Origin: Squalus acanthias
Lineage: Eukaryota
DNA length: 64,000 nt
Direction: 5' to 3'
Assembly: GCA_030390025.1 (NCBI GenBank)
Contig: JASTWF010000324.1
Coordinates: forward strand, 372,001-436,000
Shown: in pieces, positions 1-13,219 of the stretch
Position numbering within the stretch: the stretch's first letter is position 1
Layout of the letters: the number at the start of each line of letters is the position of its first letter
Position numbers and translations under genes: made by a program
The notes under the pieces: model-generated
What the model was told of the DNA's origin: nothing
The model's database searches: none
The model's input: the letters and a program-made list of their open reading frames with translations, nothing else

Positions 1-293
1 CCAGAGATTCATCTCTTCACCACATCGCAATCAGCAAACGCCACTCACTGATCTGAAGGCGAGGCCGAAACCTACAGAAACCGGAGGGAGAGGGAATACA
101 TCTTACAAATTACTGCAATAAATCTGCATATATCTCTATTAAAATCAGTGATGGGTTATGAGGAAAAGACTGTCATGCCTGTTAAGGTGTATTTGTGTAT
201 CAGAGGCATGCCTGAGCTTTTAGCTCTGCTCCTTACTGTGTCAAAGCAGGACAGGGGATTGAATTACTTTACTGCAAGACTGAGGTCGAGCTT

Positions 294-533
294 CTGTGTG
301 TGTGTATCTGTGTGTCTGTGCGTGTGTGTGTGTCTGTGTGTCTGTGTGTGTGAGTGTGTCTGTGTGTCTCTGTGTGTGAGTGTGTCTGTGTGTCTGTGTG
401 TGTGAGTGTGTGTCTGTGTGTGTGAGTGTGTCTGTGTGTCTGTGTGTGTGTGTGTCTGTGTGTCTGTGTGCTCTGTGTGTGTCTCTGTGTGTTCTGTGTG
501 TGTGTCTGTCTGTGTGTGTGTGAGTGTGACTGA
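294..533. repeat. (TG/TC)n low-complexity microsatellite
   Basis: Alternating tgtgtc/tgtgtg run. It explains ORFs 148..405 and 269..538. Confidence 0.95.
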
Positions 534-1013
534 CTCACTGATACAGATTACAGTGAATACTTTAGGATTAGACTGATGTTAAAACAAGTCACAATGAGCA
601 GCAGTCTGATGGTAAAATGTTCTTTCTGGTCCTTTAAATCCTCTCCAGCTAACATCAGCTAACTCACAACAGACCAGGGCCACTCCTGAACCTGGCAATA
701 TATTTACCATCGAGCTACCCAGACACACCTGGGCAGCAGGCTCGGAACACGAGAATCCCTTTCAACACAGCAAGTTGCCGAGTGCATCCTGTGTTGTGGT
801 GGATTAGTGCTGTGAATCGATGCTGAGGGGAAGCTCACGCACAGAGATTCTGTTGCAAGGTTTCTCAATACTTCAATTATCATTTCACAAAAGGTAGCTG
901 AACAGTGTGAGGCAGAGTGTCATTGATCGGTCTGCCAGGGGGTCACGAAGTCTCACAGCAGTGTCAGCGTCTCGTAACTGAGGTAAAATACACCAAAACA
1001 ACTTAAAGGCATT

Positions 1014-3811
1014 TACACTGTCCCATCAAACACTCCCAGGGCAGGTACAGCATGGGTTAGATACAGAGTAAAGCTCCCTCTACACTGTCCCATCAAACAC
1101 TCCCAGGGCAGGTACAGCACGGGTTAGATACAGAGTAAAGCTCCCTCTACACTGTCCCATCAAACACTCCCAGGGCAGGTACAGCACGGGTTAGATACAG
1201 AGTAAAGCTCCCTCTACACTGCCCCATCAAACACTCCCAGGGCAGGTACAGCACAGGTTAGATACAGAGTAAAGCTCCCTCTACATTGTCCCATCAAACA
1301 CTCCCAGGCCAGGTACAGCACGGGTTAGATACAGAGTAAAGCTCCCTCTACACTGTCCCATCAAACACTCCCAGGGCAGGTACAGCATGGGTTAGATACA
1401 GAGTAAAGCTCCCTCTACACTGTCCCATCAAACACTCCCAGGGCAGGTACAGCACGGGGTTAGATACAGAGTAAAGCTCCCGCTACACTGTCCCATCAAA
1501 CACTGCCAGGGCAGGTACAGCACGGGTTAGATACAGAGTAAAGCTCCTTCAACACTGTCCCATCAAACACTCCCAGGGCAGGTACAGCATGGGTTAGATA
1601 CAGAGTAAAGCTCCCTCTACACTGCCTCATCAAACACTCCCAGGGCAGGTACAGCACGGGTTAGATACAGAGTAAAGCTCCCTCTACACTGTCCCATCAA
1701 ACACTCCCAGGGCAGGTACAGCACGGGTTAGATACAGAGTAAAGCTCCCTCTACACTGTCCCATCAAACACTCCCAGGACAGGTACAGCACTGCTTAGAT
1801 ACAGAGTAAAGCTCCCTCTACACTGTCCCATCAAACACTCCCAGGGCCGGTACAGCACGGGTTAGATACAGAGTAAAGCTCCCTCTACACTGTCCCATCA
1901 AACACTCCCAGGGCAGGTACAGCACCGGTTAGATACAGAGTAAAGCTCCCTCTATACTGTCCCATCAAACACTCCCAGGGCAGGTACAGCGGGCGTTAGA
2001 TACAGAGTAATGCTCCCTCTACACTGTCCCGTCAAACACTCCCAGGGCAGGTACAGCACGGGTTAGATACAGAATAAAGCTCCCTCTACACTGTCCCATC
2101 AAACACTCCCAGGGCAGGTACAGGACGGGTTAGATGCAGAGTACAGCTCCCTCTACACTGTCCCCATCAAACACTCCCAGGGCAGGTACAGCACAGGTTA
2201 GATGCAGAGTAAAGCTCCCTCTACACTGTCCCATCAAATACTCCCAGGGCAGGTACAGCACGGGGTTAGATACAAAGTAAAGCTCCCTCGACACTGTCCC
2301 ATCAAACACTCCCAGGGCATGTACAGCACGGGTTAGATACAGAGTAAAGCTCCCTCTACACTGTCCCATCAAACACTCCCAGGACAGGTACAGCACTGCT
2401 TAGATACAGAGTAAAGCTCCCTCTACACTGTCCCATCAAACACTCCCAGGGCCGGTACAGCACGGGTTAGATACAGAGTAAAGCTCCCTCTACACTGTCC
2501 CATCAAACATTCCCAGGGCAGGTACAGCACCGGTTAGATACAGAGTAAAGCTCCCTCTACACTGTCCCGTCAAACACTCCCAGGGCAGGTACAGCACGGG
2601 TTAGATACAGAGTAATGCTCCCTCTACACTGTCCCGTCAAACACTCCCAGGGCAGGTACAGCACGGGTTAGATACAGAATAAAGCTCCCTCTACACTGTC
2701 CCATCAAACACTCCCAGGGCAGGTACAGCGGGCGTTAGATACAGAGTAATGCTCCCTCTACACTGTCCCGTCAAACACTCCCAGGGCAGGTACAGCACGG
2801 GTTAGATACAGAATAAAGCTCCCTCTACACTGTCCCATCAAACACTCCCAGGGCAGGTACAGGACGGGTTAGATGCAGAGTACAGCTCCCTCTACACTGT
2901 CCCCATCAAACACTCCCAGGGCAGGTACAGCACAGGTTAGATACAGAGTAAAGCTCCCTCTACACTGTCCCATCAAACACTCCCAGGGCAGGTACAGCAC
3001 GGGGTTAGATACAAAGTAAAGCTCCCTCTACACTGTCCCATCAAACAGTCCCAGGGCAGGTACAGCATGGGTTAGATACAGAGTAAACCTTCCTCTGCAC
3101 TTTTCCATCAAACACTCCCAGGGCAGGTACAGCACGGGTTAGATACAGAGTAAAGCTCCCTCTACACTGTCCCATCAAACAGTCCCAGGGCAGATGCAGC
3201 ACGGGTTAGATACAGAGTAAAGCTCCCTCTACACTGTCCCATCAAACACTCCCAGGGCAGGTACAGCACGGGTTAGATACAGAGTAAAGCTCCCTCTACA
3301 CTGCCCCATCAAACACTCCCAGGGCAGGTACAGCACGGGTTAGATACAGAGTAAAGCTCCCTCTGCACTGTCCCATCAAACACTCCCAGGGCAGGTACAG
3401 CACGGGTTAGATACAGAGTAAAGCTCCCTCTACACTGTCCCATCAAACAGTCCCAGGGCAGGTACAGCACGGGGTTATATACAGAGTAAAGCTCCCACTA
3501 CACTGTCCCATCAAACACTCCCAGGGCAGGTACAGCACGGGTTAGATACAGAGTAAAGCTCCCTCTACACTGCCCCATCAAACACTCCCAGGGCAGGTAC
3601 AGCACGGGTTAGATACAGAGTAAAGCTCCCTCTACACTGTCCCATCAAACACTCCCAGGGCAGGTACAGCACGGGTTAGATACAGAGTAAAGCTCCCTCT
3701 GCACTGTCCCATCAAACACTCCCAGGGCAGGTACAGCACGGGTTAGATACAGAGTAAAGCTCCCTCTGCACTGTCCCATCAAACATTCCCAGGGCAGGTA
3801 CAGCACGGGGT
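1014..3811 (+). repeat. 67-bp tandem satellite array (~42 units)
   Basis: Unit ctacactgtcccatcaaacactcccagggcaggtacagcacgggttagatacagagtaaagctccct. Period is 67 (tcccatcaaa at 1021 and 1088). Confidence 0.97.
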
Positions 3812-4949
3812 AGACAGGTTTTAACTGTGCTATGAGATTGGATGAGTCCTCGCGAGGGATCAATGATATTACAAAATTTTAACCCCTCGAGTGCTGATAT
3901 TGAACAGTGATGATTTCTGTTGTGACTGACACCGTCACTTATTCTGCGTGATTCTTCGTGTCATCGTGTGCTCCCGAAATAAATCTTTCCCGACATCCTC
4001 TCTGTATGATTGGCTGCGGCTCTGTCGTTCAGTTGTACTGCAGTCTGACATCTTACTGCCCAATCCACTCACCAGTCTCTGTGCACCTGGAGTCACTTCC
4101 AGCCCTCTTCACAGTCCCGCAAGCCTCGTGAAGAACAGCAATGCTCCCAACATTGACCTCTGGAGGACACCTGCCTTCTCCATCTGGACATTACTCTTAC
4201 CTCAGTCTATATTTGTATAATTAAACTCAATGATTATTGTGGCACTCTTGTTTGTCCAATTTTTTTCTAATTCCTATACCTCTCCCTTCATCTAACTCCT
4301 CTTCATTGGACGAGCATCAAAAATAAACTCCAAAATGGGGAACAGTCCCTTTCTAATGCTTAACACGGACCAGATAGATTCATCTCTCATATCATCGCTA
4401 TGTTCAGATGATGTAACTGCCTTCTCCTTTTAAGAGCGGTTCATGATGAGGAATTTCTCTCACTCTCTAACGAGGGTTATGATGAAATTCTCTCGCTCTT
4501 TGATGGGCTCCTGATGGTGAGACCCCTGTAAACGATAAGATCCTCTCTAATGGGGCAGGAATTTGATGGAAGCCCCTGTGTCTCACTGGGCTCATTTGTC
4601 CGTCACACGAGGGATTGTGAGGAGCGAGCAGTTGAGGATGAGCTGGGACTGGGAGCAGCTCTTCTGGTGCAAGTGTGTCCAATGGGGTAAGGCCACTAAC
4701 TCCTACTCTGGGAGCCTCTCTCCTCGGCCGCAGGATTGTCCCCAGGATTCCGGCAAGTTCCTCACCCCCAAGAATTTTCTGTCCTTTAAAATATTTTAAA
4801 AGTTTATTCAACTAAAATGGAGGTAATTTTTCCCTCATGTTTGTATTGAAATTATCAACATATTATTCTCTGCAAAGTTTTATTTATTTAAAGCAGAGTT
4901 TCAGAAACAAAGACACAAACCTGCATTTGCTTAGCATCTTTTCATATCT

Positions 4950-5205
4950 TAAGGAGTTTTGATAGAATAAATCAGGAGAAGCTGTTTCCAGTGGCAGGAG
5001 GGTCGGTAACCAGAGGACACAGATTGAAGATACTTGGCCCAAGAACCAGAGAAGGAGATGAGGAGAAATTGTTTTTAAGCAGCGAGTTGTTGTGATCTGG
5101 AATGCGCTGCCTGAAAGGGCGGTGGAAGCAGATTCAATAGTAACTTTCAAAAGAGAATTGGATAAATACTTGAAAAGGAAAAATTTGCAAGGCTCTGGGG
5201 AAAAA
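4950..5205 (+). mobile_element. CR1 LINE 3' ORF2 fragment
   Basis: 'ctgtttccagtggcaggagggtcggtaaccagaggacacagattgaag...tggaatgcgctgcctgaaaggg' matches the CR1 copies at 41960-42230 and 15420-15600. Confidence 0.8.
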
Positions 5206-5211
5206 GGAAAA

Positions 5212-5400
5212 TAGGAGCACAGATATCTCGAAGGGTTCCAGGGCTGGAGGAGATTACAGAGATAGGGTGGGGCGAGGCAATGGAGGGACATGAAAACTGT
5301 GATGAGAATTTGAAAAATCGAGGTGTTGCCGGACCGGGAGCCAGTGTAGGTCAGCGAGCACAGCAGGTGATGGGTGAACGGAACTTGGTGCGAGATAGGA
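5212..5400 (-). mobile_element. L2 LINE 3' fragment
   Basis: Minus strand encodes 'LADLHWLPVRQHLDF' and 'LAPPYLCNLLQP', motifs from the C-terminal part of L2 ORF2. Confidence 0.8.
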
Positions 5401-5629
5401 GACTAGGAAGGTTCCAGATTTGGTCCTGTAGTCAACTGATTTCATCGAGGGTGGCGGTTAGGGAGCTACAATTGGCCCCAACAATGCTGGGCGAGGGAAG
5501 GGAACAACATCAGCCAGGGTTCCTGCTGCTGGTCACCATCTAATCACCCTTGCTGAAAGGTGCATGTGTGTGTCAGATGATGATTGGATTCAGGCTCAAC
5601 TGTGATGTCCCCAGATATAACTGGATTCA

Positions 5630-6876
5630 AAAGAAATAACTGGCCTTTCTATAGCATCTAATAACAACCACAGGATGCCCCAAAGCACTTTACAGCCAAT
5701 GAAGTACTTCTGAAGTGTAGTCACTGTTGTAGAGTAGGAAACGCGGCAGCCAATTTGCGCACAGCAAGGTCCCACAAACAGCAATGTGATAATGACCAGA
5801 AAATCTGTTTTAGTGATGTTGCTTGAGGGCCCCAGGACACCGGGGAGAATTCCCCTGCTCTTCTTCGAAATAGTGGCTGTTGGATCTTTTATATCCAACT
5901 GAGAGAGCAGACGGGGCCTCGGTTTAACGTCTCATCCGAAAGACTGCTCCTCCGACAGTGCAGCGCTCCCTCAGTACTGCCCCTCCGACAGTGCAGCGCT
6001 CCCTCAGTACTGCCCCTCCGACAGTGCAGCGCTCTCTCAGTACTGCCCCTCCGACAGTACAGCGCTCCCTCAGTACCGCCCCTCCGATAGTGCAGCGCTC
6101 CCTCAGTACTGCCCCTCCGACAGTGCAGCGCTCCCTCAGTACTGCCTCTCCGACAGTGCAGCGCTCCCTGAGTACTGCCTCTCCGACAGTGCAGTGCTCC
6201 CTCAGAACTGCCCCTCCGACAGTGCAGCACTCCCTCAGTACTGCCTCTCCGACAGTGCAGCACTCCCTCAGTACTGCCCCTCCGACAGTGCAGCACTCCC
6301 TCAGTACTGCCCCTCCGACAGTGCAGCGCTTCCTCAGTACTGCCCCTCCGACAGTGCAGCACTCCCTCAGTACTGCCCCTCCGACGGTGCGGCGCTCCCT
6401 CAGTACTGCTCCTCCGACAGTGCAGCACTCCCTCAGTACTGCCTCTCCGACAGTGCAGCGCCCCCTCAGTACTGCCCCTCCGGCAGTGCGGTGCTCCCTC
6501 AGTACTGCCCCTCCGACGGTGCGGCGCTCCCTCAGTACTGCTCCTCCGACAGTGCAGCACTCCCTCAGTACTGCCTCTCTGACAGTGCAGCGCCCCCTCA
6601 GTACTGCCCCTCCGGCAGTGCGGTGCTCCCTCAGTACTGCCCCTCCGACAGTGCAGCGCTCCCTCAGTACTGCCCCTCCGACAGTGCAGCACTCCCTCAG
6701 TACTGCCTCTCCGACAGTGCAGCGCTCCCTCAGTACTGCCCCTCCGACAGTGCGGTGCACCCTTAGCACTGCACTGGAGTGTTGGCCTGGATTCTGTGCT
6801 CAAGTCTCTGGAGTGGGACTTGAACCCACAACCTTCTGACTCAGAGGCGAGAGTGCTGCCCACTGAGCCATGGCTT
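5630..6876 (-). mobile_element. tRNA-derived DeuSINE-type SINE with an internal 33-bp tandem expansion (~5950-6760)
   Basis: Reverse complement of the SINE at 41345-41795 (A/B-box head at 6810-6875, 'gagacgttaaaccgaggcccc' core, L2-like tail). Unit cagtactgcccctccgacagtgcagcgctccct is repeated ~24 times. Confidence 0.85.
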
Positions 6877-7653
6877 CAACACCCACACCAAGAGTGGCCA
6901 AATGTGCGAGGACAGCTGGTGCCTGAGGGAAGGAGCCCCCAGCATGTAATCTTCGAGCAAGAGGAAGGAGAAGGAGAATGGGAAGAAAAGAGAAGCCCAA
7001 CGATACTGAAAGTTCGATAATGGAGAACGGGAAAAGGAAAGGAACAAAAGAAAGAGAAGGAATGTAATCGATAACCTCGTGTTTGCCTTATTGACAGCAC
7101 ATCCTTTGTGCGCCCCAACTGCTGGGACATTCATCTGTTGGGAGGGAATTCCTTCGCTAATTGCGGGGCTGTTTGCTCATGCCCGAAGATCACATGATAC
7201 GCACACTTGGCCTCGCCATTCCCCGTCCCATCAGTGCGAGCCAATCAGGCACTTGCTTCCATGCTGGGTGACTGGAACTAGCCGACGCAAACAGCATCTG
7301 GTAATTCCTTAATAAAATAAAAATCTGTGCAGGGACTGGATCAGATATCCACCCAGTGCCTGGCAGACTCACAGATATCCCCGATTTCATTAACACTCTC
7401 CTGACTGAGACTGACTAAACACGTCTATTCAGCACTAAAGACACAGAGTAGCTTAGATTTAAGCCTCGGGTTTAGGAGCAGGTCGAAGGGCAGCCTGATG
7501 GAGACAGATGAAGAGAAAGTTTCTCCCAGACCCCCAACCAGTCCCAGCTGTTCAAACTAATTTTTCCATTTTGCAACTTCAAATAAATGCCAAAGTCTCC
7601 ATTTTAGTACAGAATTGAAAATAAACTGGATTAGCAGGGCAAAAGCATAGTCG

Positions 7654-8477
7654 GCAGGATTAGAGTCAGGCCACAGTGAGGCCTGGGACTGTAGGATTAG
7701 AGTCAGGCCGCAGTGAGGCCTGGGACTGCAGGATTAGAGTCAGGCCACAGTGAGGCCTGGGACTGCAGGATTAGAGTCAGGCCGCAGTGAGGCCTGGGAC
7801 TGCAGGATTAGAGTCAGGCCACAGTGAGGGCTGGGACTGCAGGATTAGAGTCAGGCCACAGTGAGGCCTGGGACTGCAGGATTAGAGTCAGGCCACAGTG
7901 AGGGCTGGGACTGCAGGATTAGAGTCAGGCCGCAGTGAGGGCTGGGACTGCAGGATTAGAGTCAGGCCGCAGTGAGGGCTGGGACTGCAGGATTAGAGTC
8001 AGGCCGCAGTGAGGGCTGGGACTGCAGCATTAGAGTCAGGCCACAATGAGGCCTGGGACTGCAGGATTAGAGTCAGGCCACAGTGAGGCCTGGGATGGCA
8101 GGATTAGAGTCAGGCCGCAGTGAGTCCTGGGACTGCAGCATTATAGTTAGGCCGCAGTGAGGCCTGGGACTGCAGGATTAGAGTCAGGCAACAGTGAGGC
8201 CTGGGATGGCAGGATTAGAGTCAGGTCGCAGTGAGGCCTGGGACTGCAGGATTAGAGTCAGGCCGCAGTGAGGCCTGGGACTGCAGGATTAGAGTCAGGC
8301 CACAGTGAGGCCTGGGACTGCAGGATTAGAGCCAGGCCACAGTGAGGCCTGGGACTGCAGCATTAGAGTCAGGCCGCAGTGAGGCCTGGGACTGCAGGAT
8401 TAGAGTCAGGCCGCAGTGAGGTCTGGGACTGCAGGATTAGAGTCAGGTCACAGTGAGGCCTGGGACTGCAGGATTAA
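7654..8477 (+). repeat. 37-bp minisatellite (~22 units)
   Basis: Unit gcaggattagagtcaggccacagtgaggcctgggact, with copies at 7654 and 7691. Confidence 0.95.
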
Positions 8478-8672
8478 CATTAGCTCAGTCTGTTCTATTT
8501 CAATGTTCTTCTGATATTTTTGAACTGTCCCTAAATGCAGGAAAATGGAACTCCCTGAGACCCTGTACCTTGCTCTGCCAGCTGCTGTCATTAACCTTAA
8601 GACTCTTGAAGGTGATCCTTTGCCTAGAAATTGGATTGGTGAGTGGAGATGCTGGGCCTTCAGATACAGGTT

Positions 8673-10168
8673 ACTCTCACTCTCTCTAACACACTCACAC
8701 ACTCTCTCTCACACACTCTCACTCACTCTTACTCTCTCACTCTCTCTAACACAGTCACTCACTCTCTCACTCTCTCTAACACACTCACTCACTCACTCTC
8801 ACACACTCTCACTCACTCTTACTCTCTCACTCTCTCTCACACTCTCACACTCTCTCTCTCACACTCTCACACTCTCTCTCTCACACACACTCTCGCTCTC
8901 ACAATCTCTCACTCTCTCTCACTCTCTCTCACACACTCTCACTCTCTCACTCTCCCACTCACTCTCACACTCTCTTTCTCACACACACTCTCTCACTCTC
9001 TCACTCTCTCTCACACACTCACTCTCACACTCTCACTCTCACACACACTCTCTCTCACACACTCTCTCTCACACACACACACTCTCACACTCTCTCTCTC
9101 ACACACTCTCTCACGCACTCTCGCTCTCTCACTCTCTCTCACACACTCCCACTCTCACTCTCTCTCTCACTCTATCTCACTCTCTCTCACACACTCTCGC
9201 TCTCTCACTCTCACACACTCTCACACACTCTCACTCTCACTCTCACACTCTCTCTCTCTCACTTTCACTCTCACTCTCTCTCACACTCTCGCTCTCTCTC
9301 ACACACTCACACACTCTCACTCGCACTCTCACACTCTCTCTCTCTCTCACACTCTCACACACTCTCACTCACACTCTCACACTCTCACTCTCACACTCTC
9401 TCACTCTCTCTCTCTCACTCTCTCTCACACACTCTCTCTCTCACTCTCTCTCACTCTGTCTCACTCTCTCTCACACACTCTCGCTCTCTCACTCTCACAC
9501 ACTCTCACACACTCTCACTCTCACTCTCACACTCTCTCTCTCTCACTCTCTCTCACTCTCACACTCTCTCTCTCACTCTCTCTCACACACTCTCTCTCAC
9601 ACTCTCACTCTCACTCTCACACTCTCACTCTCACACTCTCTCACTCTCTCACTCTCACTCTCTCTCTCACTCTCTCTCTCTCACTCTCTCACACACTCTC
9701 ACTCACACTCTCACACTCTCACTCTCACACTCTCTCACTCTCTCTCTCTCACTCTCTCTCACACACTCTCTCTCTCACTCTCTCTCACTCTCTCTCACTC
9801 TCTCTCACACACTCTCGCTCTCTCACTCTCACACACTCTCACACACTCTCACTCTCACTCTCACACTCTCTCTCTCTCACTCTCTCTCACTCTCACACAC
9901 TCTCTCTCACTCTCTCTCACACACTCTCTCTCACACTCTCACTCACACTCTCACTCTCACACTCTCTCACTCTCTCACTCTCACTCTCTCTCTCACTCTC
10001 TCTCTCACTCTCTCTCTCACTCTCTCTCTCTCACTCTCTCTCACACACCCTCGCTCTCTCACTCTCTCTCTCACTCTCTCTCACACACTCTCTCTCTCTC
10101 TCTCTCTCACTCTCTCTCACACTCTCTCTCTCTCTCTCTCTCTCACACACTCTCACTCTCACTCTCTC
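8673..10168. repeat. (CA/CT)n low-complexity tract
   Basis: Almost only C, A and T. The long S/H/T/L ORFs are artefacts. Confidence 0.95.
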
Positions 10169-10674
10169 ATGGTGCTGTGGGTGAGCTGCTCTCTGGATGG
10201 TCCGTGTGGGGTCGGGTATCTGCTTACTCTGCCCTTCCTGTGAAGATATAAAGGGCGACAATCATAAGAGCAAGTGCAGAATGAAGGTACGGTAAATTCA
10301 TCCACATCAATCCTCACTCTCACCTTCTACGGAATGTCATCCGGGTTTACATTGTCTCGGACAATTCCTAAGACTGGGAGGGAAGGGAAGATAAGAGAAT
10401 GATGGCCTTTCAATAAGGACCTTGTCTATTGCCACCATCGTCTCTCGCCACCTCTCTCACGTTCTGTCATTGCTGCTCGATCGCCCTTTGCTCAAACTGG
10501 GAGACTTCCTGGAGAGCACGAGACTCTCCTCCGATGCCAGGGGCTGATCTTCTGTTAAAAGTCACCTTCTCCTGCAAAGACTTATGAGTCGTTCATTACT
10601 GAAAGCAGTATTTATAGTGGGACACCCTCTGACATATGGTGCGGCCTCTCCCTATTCATTAGGAACAAGTCAAG

Positions 10675-10852
10675 GGGTACGATAGTGTAATGGGTCCATT
10701 ACTGGACTAGTAATCCAGAGAACCTGAGCTCCAAATCCCACCCTGGCAGCTTGAGACTTTGAAGATTGAATAAATCTGGAAATAAAAAGCTGGGATCAGT
10801 AAAAGTGACCCTGAAGCTGTCAGATTGTTGGAAAAACCCAACAGGTTCACTG
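10675..10852 (+). mobile_element. tRNA-derived SINE 5' fragment
   Basis: tRNA-like head 'gatagtgtaatggg...ctggactagtaatccagag...ctccaaatcccacc' followed by SINE-like body sequence. Confidence 0.55.
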
Positions 10853-10904
10853 CTGTTATTTCAGATGATGAGGGACGGTCGGACTAGACAGAGTCCAGAC
10901 ATCA

Positions 10905-11590
10905 TCACTTGTACAAGACCTTGGTTAGACCTCCGTTACAGTACTGTGTCCAGTTTTGGTCTCCTCACATGGTGGGTGATATTGAGGCTTTGGAAAGGGT
11001 GCAGAGGAGGGTAACTAGACTGATTCTCATTTTAAAGCATCTTGGTTATCAAGATAGGCTCAATGAACTGGGACTGTACACTTTAGTGAAGCAAAGACTT
11101 AGGGGTGATCTGATCGAGGTTTCTAGGATGATGAAGGGAATGTTAGGGAGGACCAGGGGTCACAATTTTAAGTTGTGTAAGGCCAGATCGAGGTTAGAGG
11201 TCAGGAGGTGGTTCATATCCCGGAGAATAGTGGGCCTCTGGAACAGGCTGCCGGTTCGTGCGGTGAACACTGATTCGCTGAATTCCTTCAAGCGAGAGCT
11301 GGACCTGTTTCTGGCCGGGGCGGAGATCAGCTCGCACAGGAGGGAGGGACTGCAGGGAATTCAGGGCCAGAGTGATCTCCGGGACTCATTTCGATCGCCT
11401 AGATGGGTCAGAGAGGAAATTCCCAGATTTTTTTCTCCGGTTTTTAATTTGTTTTTTTGCCTCTCCCATAGATCACGTGGTTTGGGGTGGGGTGGGGAGT
11501 CTAGACATTGTGATACACAAGGGATCGCAGTTGTGGGGGACAGGCTGGATGGACCAGAGGGTCTTTACCTGTTTGTCATTGTTCGTATCA
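10905..11590 (+). mobile_element. CR1 LINE 3' fragment (RT C-terminal region and 3' UTR)
   Basis: 'YKTLVRPPLQYCVQFWSPH...LERVQRR...RLRGDLIEV...WNRLP'. Confidence 0.9.
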
Positions 11591-11789
11591 TCATAATCGG
11601 GGACAAACTACCAGGACCTATAGGTGAGTACGGAGTCAAAAGGGAGTGTGACAAGTTCCTCAGAGCAGAGGACCCTTCCAGTTACAACAGGCAAGTTGCT
11701 GGTGAGTTGTGGCTCGATGTGTTGGACCTAATGCGAGCCCTGGAGCTTTGCTTGGTTGCGTTAGGGAATCAGATGGGAATCTTTTTAAA

Positions 11790-12175
11790 AGCCAGTGCAC
11801 GGGTACAAAAAGCAATCAGAAAGGCTAATGGAATGTTGGCCTTTATCTCAGGAGGCTGGAATACAGAGGGGAGAACGTTATGCTGCAGCTGTACGGAGCT
11901 CTGGTCAGATCCCACCTGGACACTGCGCTCAGTTCTGGGCCCCGCACCTCAGGAAGGATATATTGGCCTTGGAGGGGGAGCAGCGCAGATTCACCAGAAT
12001 GATACCTGGGGCTCAAAGGGTTAAATTATGAGGTTGCACAGACTGGGCCTGTATTCCCTTGAGTTTAGAAGGTTGAGGGGTGATCTAATCGAGGTGTTTA
12101 CAATGATAAAGGGTTTGATAAGGTAGATAGAGAGAAACGATTTCCTCTGGTGGGAGAGTCCAGCACAAGGGGGCG
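11790..12175 (+). mobile_element. CR1 LINE fragment, frameshifted
   Basis: 'IRKANGMLAFIS' and '[29 protein letters not shown]' lie in different frames. Confidence 0.85.
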
Positions 12176-12294
12176 GAACCTCTATCTCTCTCACTCTCTG
12201 CCCTCCCATCTCTCATTCTCCCTCCGCTCACCCTGCCTCTCTCTGAATCTCAGTGGCACTGGTTCACTTACTCTACCTATCCCAGGTCTCTCGG

Positions 12295-12482
12295 TGCCCT
12301 CTCTCCCTCCCTCTCTCTCTCCCTCTCTCTCTCTCTCTCCCTCTCTCTCTCGCCCTCCCTCTCTCTCTCTCCCTCTCTCTCTCTCCCTCTCTCCCTCTCT
12401 CTCTCCCTCTCTCTCTCTCTCTCCCTCTCTCTCTCTCTCTCACCCTCTCTCTTTCTCCCTCTCTCTCTCCCTCTCTCCCTCT

Positions 12483-12513
<31 letters not shown>

Positions 12514-12597
12514 CTCTCTCACCCTCTCTCTCCCTCCCTCTCTCTCTCTCTCCCTCTCTCTCTCCCTCTCTCTCCCCCCCTCTCTCTCTCTCTCTCC

Positions 12598-12628
<31 letters not shown>

Positions 12629-12650
12629 CCTTTCTCTCGCTGTCTCTCTA
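12295..12650. repeat. (CT)n polypyrimidine microsatellite
   Basis: Pure C/T tract. Confidence 0.95.
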
Positions 12651-13219
12651 TTATAAGAAGGTTCACAAGAATTGAAACACAGTGTAAAATCCAATTTCCC
12701 CCGGATCAGAGTGGTGATGTGTCAGGAGATCGGCTCGGGTAACCCCTCCAGTAATTGCCTCACCCCTCTCCTGTTTCAGCGAAGGTGAGAAGAATTATTC
12801 AATTACCTATCTGCCGTGGCACGAGCTCTCCACAAGTCTAACTGACAACGCAGCCAACAAGGATTTCTCTGTCACTCTGGGAATGGGAGGAAGGATGAAT
12901 GTGACGGCTACACGGACCATCAATATCAACTAATATAAACGTCAAGCTCACCATTTTACTCACAGCTATTTCCCAGGCTACTGATTACATTAGCACATAA
13001 TAGAGCGAGCTGCTCTCAGCACTTCCCTCTCTCTCCCCTCCCCAGCAATGTGGCAGCGGCCGCCTACAATGAAACAAGTTCATTCTCTAACGTCTGCAGC
13101 CGGAGTAAATCTTCCGGGTGTCAGTGAAGCCCGATTCCGTGTCCTCGCCAGGATTGAATGATTTCCAGCCTGACTCCATAAGAGGAGATTTTAAAGCATT
13201 TCCACCAGTTTCCCTCCTA

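Noticed and set aside
1014..3811. Regular repeat arrays as possible CRISPR arrays
   Set aside because: Units are head-to-tail with no unique spacers, there are no cas genes, and the context is vertebrate.
5889..6863. Cys/Arg-rich repeat ORFs on both strands (also 33422-34137)
   Set aside because: Translation of a 33-bp stop-free minisatellite inside a SINE.
10909..12024. 371-aa ORF (and 39606..40847, 413 aa) as functional genes
   Set aside because: Chance read-through across adjacent truncated CR1/L2 fragments. No complete RT or endonuclease.
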